A stretch of DNA of 64,000 bases from Antedon mediterranea (Eukaryota; Animalia; Echinodermata). Every line of letters starts with the position of its first letter. The stretch's first letter is position 1. The notes beneath the pieces were generated by a model. That model made no database searches and had not been told where the DNA came from. It saw nothing but the letters and a program-made list of their open reading frames with translations. Where the stretch lies: the NCBI RefSeq assembly GCF_964355755.1, contig NC_092680.1, positions 14,269,045 to 14,333,044 of the forward strand, given 5' to 3'. A program made the position numbers and the translations under genes. Shown here piece by piece: positions 12,500 through 25,300 of this stretch.

Positions 12500-12612
12500 T
12501 TAGGGGCGACTTTGCGATGGGTCGACTTTGTGTTGGTTGGGGCGACTTTGTGTTGGTTTGGGCGACTTTGTTTGTGTTGGTTGAGGCGACTTTGCGATGG
12601 GGCGACTTGCAT
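12500..12612. repeat. GGGCGACTTTG subterminal-repeat cluster (same family as 27229-27350 and 28794-28870)
   Basis: Repeated GGGGCGACTTTG(CGAT/TGTT) units. Confidence 0.8.
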
Positions 12613-12619
12613 CCCTTCT

Positions 12620-12800
12620 ACTAGAGGAGGCCTCTACTTATCTAACTAGGCGAGGGCCTAGCTAGGCTAGGAGGGCCTACTAGGCTAGTAGGCCTAGAAG
12701 GTCTTCTTTAGGCCTAGGCTAGATAGAGCTTCTAGGCTAGGCCTGCCTATAGAAATAGGCCTAAATATAATAGGCCTAGCTAGGCTAGCCTAGCCTAGGA
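12620..12800. repeat. TAGGCCTA/CTAG low-complexity tract
   Basis: Dense irregular concatenation of TAGGCCTA, TAGGCTAG and CTAG. Confidence 0.85.
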
Positions 12801-15800
12801 CCGGGAAAACTAACGAATTTCCTTTTTAGATCAATAAATATTCTGTACTAGGGCTAGCTATGGATGTAGCATAGGGCTAGTTTTAATTAATAATTAGATA
12901 AAAAGCCTAAAATAAAAGTTCTAATTACTTTTTAAACCGGAGTAGGCATAGGCCTAGGTCACCACGTCGTCGTCAGCACCCACACAAAAGATATCTTTGC
13001 CCACACCAAAGATTGTATAGCTCCGCGCTCTATACAACAATCTTTGCCGCCCCCACACGTCACACGAGGCTACTAGATATTTTGTTCGTCGCCGCTGTCA
13101 CGCAAAATTAGGTTCCACTGCCAAATTAGATACCAAACTTAATTTGATTTGGCGTCTAAAAGGCGGCAAATTAGGTACTATTGCCAAATTAGGTTCTATT
13201 GTATTGTAAGAACTTTAGAAAATTATGGTGTCATCCATACGTATTTAAGTAAATAGGCTAATATGTCAGAAAACGTTCTTCATCTTTAGCAGTATGTACA
13301 CATTTGGACAGAAAGCAAACACAAAATACATAATATGGATTCCAGATTTTATTTTGTATATACAACTATAAGGAGTTCCTTTTGTAAGGAAGTTAATAAT
13401 ATAAACATGAATAAAGACTGATACATAAGTGAATAAAATTTGCATTTGCACATTCTACTCATTGTCTGACAGCACAAACTGTTTAACAGAGCAGCTCAAA
13501 CTATCCTTCCTTATTCACAAAATAGGCCTACTCACAGTGCATGTTGTAGTGTTACATTGAGAAATTGATAGAAAATCTTGAAAAAAAACAATATTAAACA
13601 TGGTACACAAAGTTCTAGATAGGTCAATATAAAGATACAATTTGTACAAAAAGGTATGTGGACTTTTGTTATGATTCAGTGTTTATTTTACTGCTATTGC
13701 ATAACAGAACAAAGACACAAATTATCATTATGCAACATACTGTAGGTGTTAGTAAACATCATTCAATGTTATACAGTACAAATAATAATAATGGTCACAC
13801 CTAAGCTGGTTATGATTAAATGAACTTAATTTTTATAATGTCAATAATATCAATTACTTAAAACACTTCTATAGATTAAACTGGTTTTGATATCTGTTGT
13901 TGTATACATGCTTCATGAATACATTAACTTAATATGAAGAACTTAAATGACTAAGATACTACTCCGTATTTCTTTCTGTATAAAACTTTACAATCCATTA
14001 ACAAGTGGTTGTCCAGGCTCCTTTTGACAGCTAAATGAAATTATGAACTAATTCCTTTATAGTTATTTTTGACAAGACTATTAATATTATTGTACTGTAT
14101 TATGCTAGTGCTGAGCCCACACTACCAAAAAATCCTTTCTCTAATCCAAAAGTTTGTGGCTGCGATGAGAATATGGGGTGAGGGCAGTGTAGATATACAG
14201 TAGTAAATACAAAGCCAAGTTAAAATAATAGGTCGAGGTTTTTTGTCTAAACATCACATTTTTTAAACATTAAAAGTTGTACAGTATAAATGATTTGTTT
14301 TACAGCGATTGCAAATCAGTCACGGCAAATACTATACTATTTTAACAAAATAAATTGGCTCCAACTGTTAAAAAATATTGACATAAAATAAACACTTGTC
14401 TAGTAGTACTATTAGGCTATGTCTAGCCATTATGAAACAAGAGCAATCAGCAGCTACATTATCTGCATTGATCAAGCAGTTTAGTTACAGTATTTCTATT
14501 TAGAGAAAAGTTGTATATACCAAAGTATCGAACAAATATGGGACAACACTCTATCAGGTATTCTAATGCAAAGCTGTGGATGATTTAAGGTTGTTAACCA
14601 AAATTTTTACAAGAAATGAAAGAATATTATTTGTTTGGTTAAGATAATTATTATTGTATTTCAAAAGAGAATTCTACAGTATATAATTTGAGAGAAAGTT
14701 AAAAATAAAATGTTTGATGTATATTAAGTTTAGAAAGGTTCAAGATACAAGAAACTTTATTTGTCTTGATTAGTTCTCACTATTTTTAAGCCCTTAACTT
14801 GATATATTACAATGTTTATAACTTATTTTTGGGTAAATAAAAGAAAGATGCTATATCTTTGATTCGATATCTTGCTTAATTATTCAGAATTGTTGTCTAA
14901 ATTGGGAGAATATCATGTTTTATAAGTTCATATTTTTAAAACCACCTAAAACCCCCAAAATAATTACCCTTTTTCAAATCATCTTCTTACTTTATATAAT
15001 ACTCCTTTACATGTGTTGAATATACTGTACATAATAAACAGAAAGCAATTCAACTTATAACACTACATGAATATGATTAATATACTTTATTGCAAGCAGT
15101 TACTGATTGTCATCATATTTTAATATTCTTTTCTCATCCAACACTTGTAAAAAATTCTAATAGCTTTCTGAAAGTATTTACATTCATTTTATGGAATCAG
15201 TATTAGCATATATCCCACAAATGCATCATCATTTTAAATACACACTGTTTTGTGCTTTATGCAGTAAGGGAAACCCCAAAAACATAATTCTGTATTATAT
15301 TTCAAATAAAGAATCGGACTTTTGCGCGAGGAAATAATGTACGAATGAATTTTGTGCACATGTACTGAATATTCCGTTTTGCGTAAATAGAGCTATGGTT
15401 TCAAGTTAGTGATTTGGAGATGTGGGTTTGAGTCACATTCAATAACAGAATTTTTTCCCAAGCATTAGCAACAAATTAAAAAAAAATTAATTTTACATCC
15501 TATGGGTTTTACAATCAACTATTGTGTTGTACCAAACACTAGAATTCTAGTGTAAAGTATAATTATATATTTGGTGAGTGGGGGGAGGGGGGGGGGGGGG
15601 AGGAAGAATGTGAAACAATTTGTTTTCACATACTCAGTATTCAGGTAAGGCAACAAAAATCATTCATACAATATTGTGAAGGGGTAGAGTAGACATCTAA
15701 CTCCATATCTTAAATCTGTGATAAAATAGTTATATTTTGATAAACAAAGCACTAGTTTTTAAAAATCAACTATACAGTTGTAAACTGCTTGTACAATAAT

Positions 15801-16092
15801 GCATTATGTTTTCTTTTAGACTTATTATACTGCCTAAATAGGGCTAGGCAATATAGTGATTGTTATGTATTGAGCGCCATGCAGTGTACAGCTAAGCTTG
15901 ATGGAAAAAATGTAAACATCATTCTAATGTGCACCGTTCTTATTTACAATCTGATACGAAACAAACTGTTGCACCCCGTACATGTACATGTCTGATAAGA
16001 AACAAACTGTTGCACCCCGTACATGTACATGTTTTTTTTTACAACAGGGTAATTAAGGCCAGACTTAAAAATGGCCAGGTTTGAATTTTATT

Positions 16093-16269
16093 CTAACTGT
16101 CCAACGCGGCAAGTTTGCTTTTACCCCCCGACGGTTTACGTTGTGGGAGCAACGCGGGTGTAGGGATCATGCCTCCTACTACTAGTTCAGGTTGCATTCG
16201 CCTTCCTGGTCTCACTTTCTGTTGGTTCTGTTTAGCCATCATGTAATCTCCAGAATCAAAAAATCTATT
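16093..16269 (-). CDS. ENSA: Endosulfine/ARPP19 family, last coding exon (exon 3)
   Basis: Manual translation NRFFDSGDYMMAKQNQQKVRPGRRMQPELVVGGMIPTPALLPQRKPSGGKSKLAALDS*. Contains the Greatwall site FDSGDY and the PKA-type site RKPS. CAG acceptor at 16270-16272; TAG at 16093-16095. Confidence 0.95.
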   Translation of the reverse strand, partial: NRFFDSGDYMMAKQNQQKVRPGRRMQPELVVGGMIPTPALLPQRKPSGGKSKLAALDS

Positions 16270-16921
16270 CTGTAAATAATAAAAAAAATGAAGCAGATTT
16301 AATATTTATTCAAAGGACAAAATATTTACTGTAACTTGAGTTGCATGATTAGACGTCTGGGCAAGCTTATTTTGAAAATAATGATTAAAATTAATATTAG
16401 TCCAGTTGCATTAGTAACTGGACAATTAACTTAATAGTTAGTATAGTACTGCATTGTGTGTAAGTGTCAAGCAACTGGGGCATGCAGATAGATTGTCAAT
16501 TTTACTCAGTTCTATTCAACATGAGTCACTTCCCAAATTTGTAGATTCAATTCAAAATTTGAAGGGATCATAAATTGTTGTAATTTCAATGTTGGAATTC
16601 ATTTGTTTGGCGATCAATCAGTCATTTAAGGTTAAATGGTACAAGCACTAGAGAGGGCAGTCAAGTTCTATTTTGGCAGTCAATCACAGCCATTTAAGGT
16701 TAGATGGAGACAAGGCAGTCAAGCTCTATTTAAGCCACCCACAAGCTCCTTACAATATCACTTTCATCAATTTTGAAAAAACAAAACTATAAAGAGTTAA
16801 ATTGACTTATATCGAGGTTTAATTTCAAACGCAAAAGAAATCACTGCAGCTTGAACATTGTTACATTTTTAAAACAACTGGAATGGAAGTTATATCAGAT
16901 GTACTGCACCTCTCACAGTTA

Positions 16922-17340
16922 CAGTAGAACCTTTTTTTTACGTATGGTATGGGACCGAAAGGCGTGTGTAAAACATAGGATTCATAAAATTCAGGTTGAC
17001 TTCAAATTGACCCCCAAATACGTAGATCGTAGCTAAAAAGGCTAGCAAGATGTGAGGCCTAACTAAGAAAGTACAATATATACAGTACAGGCTGTGCGAT
17101 GTTTAAATAAAGTGTACCGTAATTAAAATATTAATGTTCTTGTATTTTCTATCAATAAAAACAGCCGCTGCTGTAGGGGGAATGCATGTGTGCAGCTGTC
17201 TCACACAGCCATGGCTTTATGCTTTGTTGTTGTTAAATTGCGCCCTCAATGTAAGAAAATGATGACGTCATCGGTCATTTTAAGCGTACGTAAAATCCAG
17301 GAAACCTAAAATCAGGGTACGTAAAACATAAGTTCTACTG
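16922..17340. mobile_element. Tc1/pogo-type MITE in ENSA intron 2
   Basis: TA|CAGTAGAAC...GTTCTACTG|TA terminal inverted repeats with a TA duplication. Confidence 0.8.
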
Positions 17341-17916
17341 TATATCAAAGTTATTTCATTTCATTTTCATTTCATTTATTTATTTCACTTTACAAATATA
17401 TAATATAAAGTGGAGGAGCCTAAAAGAAAGCAAAGCTTGTGGTGAATAGGCTCCTCCTTATACTAAGAGGTAGAAGAGAGTTAACTAATCACAAACATAC
17501 CATATTTAATCAAATAAACTCTCCCATAGAACATAATTTGGAATAAAAGCCTCTCCCCCCCCCCCCTCCCCCCACTAATCGTTATTTATTTCCGTTATTT
17601 ATTTTTCATTTTATTCATGTTTCTTGTTGACAATGCTATTCCTGCTGGTGGTAATTGTACTTAATCTAAATAAGCATAAGTATCTATTAATACATTGTTT
17701 TACCAACAAGAAATGCTTTCTATGTATCAAGATATACGGTAGTTTAGCAAAGTTAGTTTAAACCAAAAATTAAGGTTGACAATTGATGGTGATGTAGTGC
17801 ACTAGTCATCGCTATTTAAGCACCTTGAGCACTTTGTGGATATGTGCGCTCTATAAATCTTATTATTATTTCATCATGTGATTGGTCAATGTTGCTCAGT
17901 AAATTATTATACTTAC

Positions 17917-18015
17917 TCCTTTTTGTAATCGTTTCTTTAACAGTTCGCCTGGCTTTCTCACATTTCCATACTTTGCTCTTAACTTTGCCTCTGCTTCTTG
18001 CTCTGGTGAAATATC
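17917..18015 (-). CDS. ENSA: Endosulfine/ARPP19 coding exon 2
   Basis: DISPEQEAEAKLRAKYGNVRKPGELLKKRLQKG, 99 nt, phase 0/0. AAG acceptor; GTAAGT donor at 17911-17916. Confidence 0.93.
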
Positions 18016-19663
18016 CTTACAAAATAACAAAGATTAAATTCATTTTGATTAACTAGTATAAAAATTTGGAAATGATTTAATTTCAGGTATTTGATCAATC
18101 TGTTATATGACCAGTTATTTAGTAATAGTAGGCGTGTGAAGGTGCTTATTTGAGGCAAGTTGTGGTAGGTAACATTTTAAAACTTAATGGACCAGTCCGC
18201 AACCACGCCCTCATGTGGGAACGTACCAACGTACCCCCATCATCATTTTCTTTCGTAACGTGAGAAATTCACTTTTAACTTAAATTTTATCAGTTTCTGA
18301 AAGAATTACACTTTGAAATTTGTAATATACCAATTAATAATCAATTCCAAACAGGTCCCAGGTGGCTGCTCTCTGGTGGTAGGATTTGTTGCTCTGGTAG
18401 GTATTTAGTTAATAGTAGGACCCGCCGAGGCTTAGCATTTTTATTACGCCGTGGTTAGGATTCCGGCACCGGAACTCAACTGCCCAGCGTTAGGGAATCC
18501 GACACGCTATTGCGCATGCCCAGAGCGAGGTAATCTATACTTATCAACAGCGATGGATCATTTCATAGCTGCGCCACACGGCGAACTAGCCTACAGTAGA
18601 TGCCTACTAATACGGGATCCACTACCGTAATCTAGGCTAGGGCTACCAGTTAGACGTGACCAGTGGGCCTATTTATTTTGTAATTAAAAAGTGGTTGCTT
18701 CATTCATATATAAACTTCATATCATTAGGTTATATGCATTATCATGCATATAACCTCTTGATTCTGTCAGAATCTTTATTTATTCATTCCTTTATTTATT
18801 CTTTCCTTAGCACTATTTTGTCCGTGAATTATCTTGGCATCAGTTTCATCTAGCTAAGTCAAGTTTTCAGAGTATATTCCTTATGGCCAGGAATCGATGT
18901 GGTTATATTTTCACGATGAGCAATCAAATTTCACATCACGTTTGTAATCATATCTTCACAAGCATGAATCACAATTAAACAAAATTTGGTACTCATAAAT
19001 TTCAGGTCATATTTCATCATATGGCAATACAATTACGTGCGTAGCGCATATAACGCTTGCGTACGCGCGCTTAAAATGTTCAAAATTGTCAAAATTTATT
19101 TTCGATGAAATTAGAGTACGTTTCAGGCAATTTTAAGCGTTTAAAAAATTGCCATGAGTGCGCAGACTTTTGCACGCGCACTGCGCGTTAAACGTTAATG
19201 GGCACTCTTTTTGCCCGATTTCTGTTTTACAATCTTTCTTTAATAATATCATCATATTTGATTCACGTTTCAACTCGAAATTGCGTTATACGAGCACGTC
19301 AAAAGTGACTGGCTACGCACGTATAAGTTAACAAAATGGTGAAAATATGCTAAATTTTAAAATTAATATATATCGTCAGAATGCTGGGGAACACCTATTT
19401 TTTATTTAATTTTCTTGAAGTGTACTGTATGTATCATATGTATGATTTATTATCAAATTAAGAGAACAAAAGTTGATTAAGTCATCATTAATTGCATATT
19501 TAATTTAAAAAAAATAATTTCGACAATCAAACAAATTATGACATTTTCTTAGGCCAAAATAACAAACTTAAAATTAACTTTCTTCCTTCAAAAGTTCATA
19601 TATTAAAGTTAAAAGTATATAGTTTGACAGTGCATCATTTGTTTACATTTTAAAGATATCATA

Positions 19664-20536
19664 GGCCCCGTTTCTGCTGCCAAAAATATACCGTATATAT
19701 ACGGTATATTTTATATACGGTATATTTTTTGGCAGCAGAAATGGGTCTCATAAAAAATATACTGTATATATATGCGGTATATATACCGCATAAATATCCC
19801 CATCGTTTGTGGATATTATACGGTATATTCCAAAATATACCGTATATTTCGTACCCCGTTTCTGCTGCACTCAAAATATACCGTATATGTGACCCGGCCC
19901 ATGACACGAGGTCAAAAACTAACAGAGCGTGACGCGTTTGTTTGGGTTTTTCTGCTGCATTGACAAACGCGTGTATAATAAGCAAGCAACAGATCAAAAT
20001 ATCACTGTGGACTGAAGAAATAACTATTTTTGCAATTCAATTGTGGGGAGAAGCGAAGGTTGGGGGGAGACTACATGGCAACAGAAGAGATACCGAGATT
20101 TACAAAAGTATCTCAAACAAAATAAAAGCAGAATTTGTGGTAGACTTAATAACGCCAAAGTTATCGGCAAACGCCGTCGTCTTCTTTGCATAAATGTAGT
20201 CAATGCCCATTCTACATTTCTAGATTGTTTGTGCGATGTAAATTCGTTGCCACTTCTGATCATTAGATTTAAAATAGAAAGCAATGCTAAGACGTTTTGA
20301 GAAACCATAATTGTTTTGTTTTTGTCATGTAACCTCACTACACGAGACTCTAGGTCAATCCATACTTCCGTCTCACAAAATGCATTTTGGGTATATGAAA
20401 GCCAACTTTTTTTACAGCCCACCCACGAAGTATGTGCAGCGGAAACGGTGCACGAATTTCATATACGGTATATATACGGTATATTTATACGGTATATTTA
20501 TACGGTATATTTGGGATTGGCAGCAGAAACAGGGCC
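19664..20536. mobile_element. PIF/Harbinger internal-deletion derivative with a Myb/SANT-like remnant
   Basis: TIR GGCCCCGTTTCTGCTGCCA / TGGCAGCAGAAACAGGGCC with 3-bp TSD ATA. ATATACCGTAT subterminal repeats. Peptide LWTEEITIFAIQLWGE...IYKSISNKI at ~20000-20130. Confidence 0.8.
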
Positions 20537-21125
20537 ATAGTAAAAAATTATAATTCATTGCGGTATGTAATAATCTATTTGCACCAAAGTGGTTACTGCA
20601 TAGTAAATACACGGAGGAATTTTTCTACAACTTTTAGTCAGTTGTGTATGGCTCGATGGCCTGTGCTCGTGTCTATGGCATTCAAGGTACCGAGATCAAG
20701 GTACCTTGGGAAACGAAATTTGATTTTTTTTTTATTATCCGTATTGTTTGTTCAAATTTATTTCTTAGTGTATAGATTATACACATGATTTATAATGAAA
20801 TCTAGATAAAAATTAACTTATGTCTTTATTATTATGTAACAACAAATGTGGTTTATTACATTATACGCATATGGATCTCTGATCGGATTGTGATACCGGC
20901 TATGGTGTTCGCGTTAGCAAGGTCCTATCATATACAGTATTATAAATAATTAAAGATTCTGAGAAAATCAATCAATCAATATATCTTTTAAAAATCAATT
21001 ATCTTTATTTAAATCAATGCATAAGATAACCTATACCGTAATTCGTCATAGTGACGAATTAAATCTAGTTATGAATTATAATTACATGACTAGTTTTATG
21101 ATTTTTCCTAACGCATTATTTATAC

Positions 21126-22224
21126 TGTACATGACAACATGCAATCACAAATTTTGGCCGCCAAAACAGGTCCGGCCTGGATAAAATCGGTCCGGGCAGT
21201 AGGACTGTTTTTGGCCGCCAAATATGGTCCGGTCTTACAAATATATGGTGCGCAAAATGAGTCATAATGTCATTTTGAAAAAAGGGCCATGATTGTCATT
21301 ATACTGTATTGAAAACTACAGGGTTTTATTTGTTATTTTAATATTATAAATTAAGTCTGTTTTTTTATTATCATTATTAATAGTAACTATCAGTAATTAG
21401 TACTAATTGTTAAGCTTTTTGTGTACAATGTACAGTATCTCTGCCTGTTTTTAATCTACTTTGTTCTTTTGTTCGTTTCCCCATGTTAAAAAGAATTAAA
21501 TTTATTATTCAATTCAATACAATTATTATAAAAAAATTATTGATTGATTGATTGAAATATATATTTATACTGGGTAACCTCTTCAGTCAAAGACTGGTCT
21601 CCCAGAGGGCCCAGTTGGTGATCAGTGGCTATGATGTACTAATACAACCGGGGTAACCCCCTACTCGTCTCGAAAGATGTACTAGGTTCTTTAAAGTGCA
21701 CACGATGTGTACACTGGACCTACGGTTTATAGCCCTTATCCGAGAAGACTCGTTCTACCACCAGAACCATGGAGTGAGTGAGCCTCGAACCCCTGCCGAT
21801 GTTATGGCTACGTAATTACGGTTCCACTGTCTTACCCGCTCGGTTAATATTGATTAGGCTGAGGAATGAAAAAGGCCTCGATCATAAAATAAAATCTAGC
21901 TGGCAATATCAGCATCTCATACACGTTCATGTGAGTGTGTGGCAGGCTGAAATATCAGTGAACACCTAAGTCATGTTTTTAGATAAAATACATTTATTTA
22001 TCGTATCTATCCGACAAGATAACTATACTTATATATATCATGGGATATTTTTTTAGCCATAAACAACTTAAACCAGCATCATAGGCCTAGTAATTCAATT
22101 AAAATCGGCAGAAGAAAAACCCGGACCGATTTTGGCAGTGGCGGACTGCTTTTGGCCACAACTTTGGAGCCAAAACTGGTCCGGCCGGACCGATTTTGGC
22201 TCCCGGACCATATTTGTCGTGACA
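21126..22224. mobile_element. MITE with GGTCCGG/CCGGACC subterminal repeats, containing a SINE
   Basis: Inverted clusters at 21150-21235 (AAATATGGTCCGG, AAAATCGGTCCGG) and 22120-22224 (CCGGACCGATTTT, CCGGACCATATTT). The left terminus is degenerate. Confidence 0.6.
21538..21846 (-). mobile_element. tRNA-derived SINE with a Deu/Nin-like core and (TCAA)n tail
   Basis: Reverse complement of 56562-56790. B box GGTTCGAGGC; core TCGGATAAGG.CTATAAACCGTAGGTCC and GAGTAGGGGGTTACCCCGG; microsatellite tail. Confidence 0.85.
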
Positions 22225-22324
22225 CAGCCACCGCGTGGATGTGAAAAAACTGTTCCGGAAGTCAGGGTCGCAACGCTAAAAACAGCATTACGATTCTTAG
22301 ATAGATACATACCGATACTTATTA

Positions 22325-25300
22325 CAGGGTTCGTACACCCGTGAGCTAGTAAAATTCCAGGACATTTCAAGGACATTCAATGTCAACATTTTAAAATTTC
22401 AAGGACATTATTATACCTAAATATTAAGTTCAACAGATTAATAAAAAAAAATGAATTCGTAGTTACGATGTTTTTCAGAAATTCAAGTACTAACTGTAGC
22501 CACTAAAAAAACATACAGTACTGAAAACATAGGCGTGGGAAATCGAGTAAAATGACACGTAACGGTAGTAAAGCGTAAAGAGTTGTAACAACTCCCTGGT
22601 AAAGCCTTTGTGGAACCGCGCCAGACTTCCGCGCCTATCGAGGGTAGTCACGGCGTGTATTGAACAAAGGCTGATGTTTCCATAGTCACTGCACTGTCGA
22701 CGATATTTGGTAATTTGATACTACTATAGGATGACGTTCTACAATTCGTTCGGAATTCGGAGTTTAAATGCCGTTTCTGTATATCGTATGTTTTTTTTAG
22801 AAGGTATAAATAAAAGAAATCAAACCATATTCTAATTCACTCTGAACTTTATTCAAAACGATCATAAACACATGAGATTTTTACATTGTTTATTTTTTAC
22901 AACTTAGTAATTTCTGCTAATTTAATCTACACAATAGCCTAGCTATTTTTGATTTCCTCTAATTTATGTCTAATGTCTTCCTCTAGTTGAGCTAATTGCT
23001 CTTTTTTTTCAGAAGCGGTTCTACGCAAGCTATTAGCTTTGGCAATGAGGGTAAGACTACCTTTACTTTCAGCTTGATCGGAAAACTTTGCAGACGATTT
23101 TTCTAAACCCATAATATCAGCAATACATCTTTTTTTGGCTTTCTTTAAGTTATCTAACTCATCGATCGTCGATTTTCTCTTAATAGCCTTTGAAGATTCT
23201 GCCGCTTTACGTTTTTCATTATCAAGATGGAGATTATAGCGTTGCCTAGCCCCACTCACAGAAGTAATTAATTGGGGCGTTATCTTTACAGACAAAACAC
23301 CACCAACTGAAGCTATGTGACCGCATACAACGCGCTTCGAAACATATGTACTCTCTGACATATTGACAGCCGCTACCTCCTTGTTTACACTAAAACCTCT
23401 CTCAACAGTCGCCTGGCCATGGGAAAGCATTAGAATCAATTTTACTACCCCCCAGAATGCGTGATACTTAGTGGTTTTGCTAAGGCGGTCATAGTAAAAT
23501 TCGTCAATTCTACATTTAGGATCGTATTCAGTGAAATCTGATAAATTATTTAACACAACAAAATCATAGAATTCGTTTGCCTGATTAACAATTTCATCAC
23601 ACATGTCATGGTTGATTTTTTGGTTGTCTGCTAATATTTTTAATACAGCCTTTAGTCTACCAACATTAAGAGATCGCGCATTACCACTTAAACAAAAATT
23701 TCTTGGATCGAGAAATTTCGCTTTTTGAACGATTCTGAAACCAAGTGGGCATTTAGATAGCACTTTCTTAACAATTGTAAGAACCATGGTCTTGCACTCA
23801 TTTTTAAACCTGAGTTCTTGTAACTCGGACACCTTCTTTTTCTTGATCAACTCCTTTATATGCTCTGAAGCTAATATTCCACAGTCTACTTTGTTAGCAA
23901 GTAAATGGTTTTTCGTTTCATCTATATTAAAGTTAGTGAAACTTTGGCCATTCACGAGCCCGGAAAGGACGTCTGGTTTAATGACCAATCTCAATAGCCC
24001 TCTCAAACATGCCACTAGATCTTTCTCAAGAAACGGTATCATTGGTTGATCTGTTTGATATTTTTTAAGAAACGTTTCCATTTGTGTGGCCACCATCACA
24101 AAAAAGTGCATTCTGGGCACCGTAAATAAGTCTACTGAAGCAGCCTTCAGAGTGTCATACGACTTTGTTTTTGGGTCATTTATTTTCTTTTCGGTCACCT
24201 GCTTGATGTACGTTTTAAGGTGCGGAAAAACACTGAGAAACCGCTTCGCAACTGCAGCATTCTCCACCCATCTGTGTTTACAAAACTTAAGGCCAAACAC
24301 ATGTGTGCCAGTAGCGTTCTCAAAATCTTCCCGACGAGCAGGGGTGTCTTTGAACAGTATTTGTAAACTAGACAGTATGTCGTAGACCTTCCAATCAATT
24401 GACTGCACACCACTTTGAAACCCATTGTGCATTACATGAAGGCCACACGACCCAATGTTGAGAACTGATGTATTGTAATTCGTCTTTATATCGGCAGAGA
24501 GAAGTTTATAAAACTTCCAATTGACGTTTGGACCATCCATACCGATTTGAAGTAATTTTGCGAGATTTAGTTTGTCTGCACATATCTTAAAATCGGTGAC
24601 GACTTTCTCAGCAGTAGCATGACCCATGAATGTACTATCAAAGAATCTAGTTTCCACGTGGTTGTTAGCCCAAAATCGGACATGGATATCCATTTGCTTT
24701 AGTTGTGTACCTTTGTTTAGACTTTCATCAAATAGTAGAACGTAATCTGACTCATCCGTAACACGTTTCAGAAGTAATGACCTAAAATGAACAAAACTTA
24801 GACTAAAAACATTTGTTTTTTATACTCACCAGGCTATTACTCAATACAGAAATGCCTATTACAATTATTTATTTAATCTAAATTGTAGGCCTATATCAAT
24901 CGATATCAAACAAAACTTACCTAAAATATGGCGCTAACCCATAATTAACAACATAAGCAAACTTTTTTTCACCACAACTAAATTTTGCAGCTATTCCACT
25001 ATCTGGAAACATCGCCTGGAATACTTCATTTATTTCATCCATCGACTTGTTCGAATAGTGCCGGTTAGTCATGAATAAGGCCCACAATATTTCTGCTTTA
25101 CGAATCTCCTCACTACTACTGAAATACTGCATCGTCGCCGGGCCACTTGGGTTCGTACGTTTCGGTATACTATTATCAACACTAGTTCCTGGTATGTCTT
25201 GTTGTTCAATAATACTGGTGATGGTACTATTAGATTTACTGGTGGATGTTGTTGGGTTGGACTTACTAAAAAATTGATTAACTTCTTGCGTCGTATTGTT

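Noticed and set aside
15578-15603. Poly-G run as a functional G-quadruplex (also poly-C at 17555-17573 and 58027-58040)
   Set aside because: These are simple homopolymers with no supporting context; on the ENSA mRNA strand this one is C-rich.
22939-24693. Domesticated host gene nested in the ENSA intron
   Set aside because: It has intact TIRs and TSD plus N-terminal frameshifts, so it is a transposon copy.
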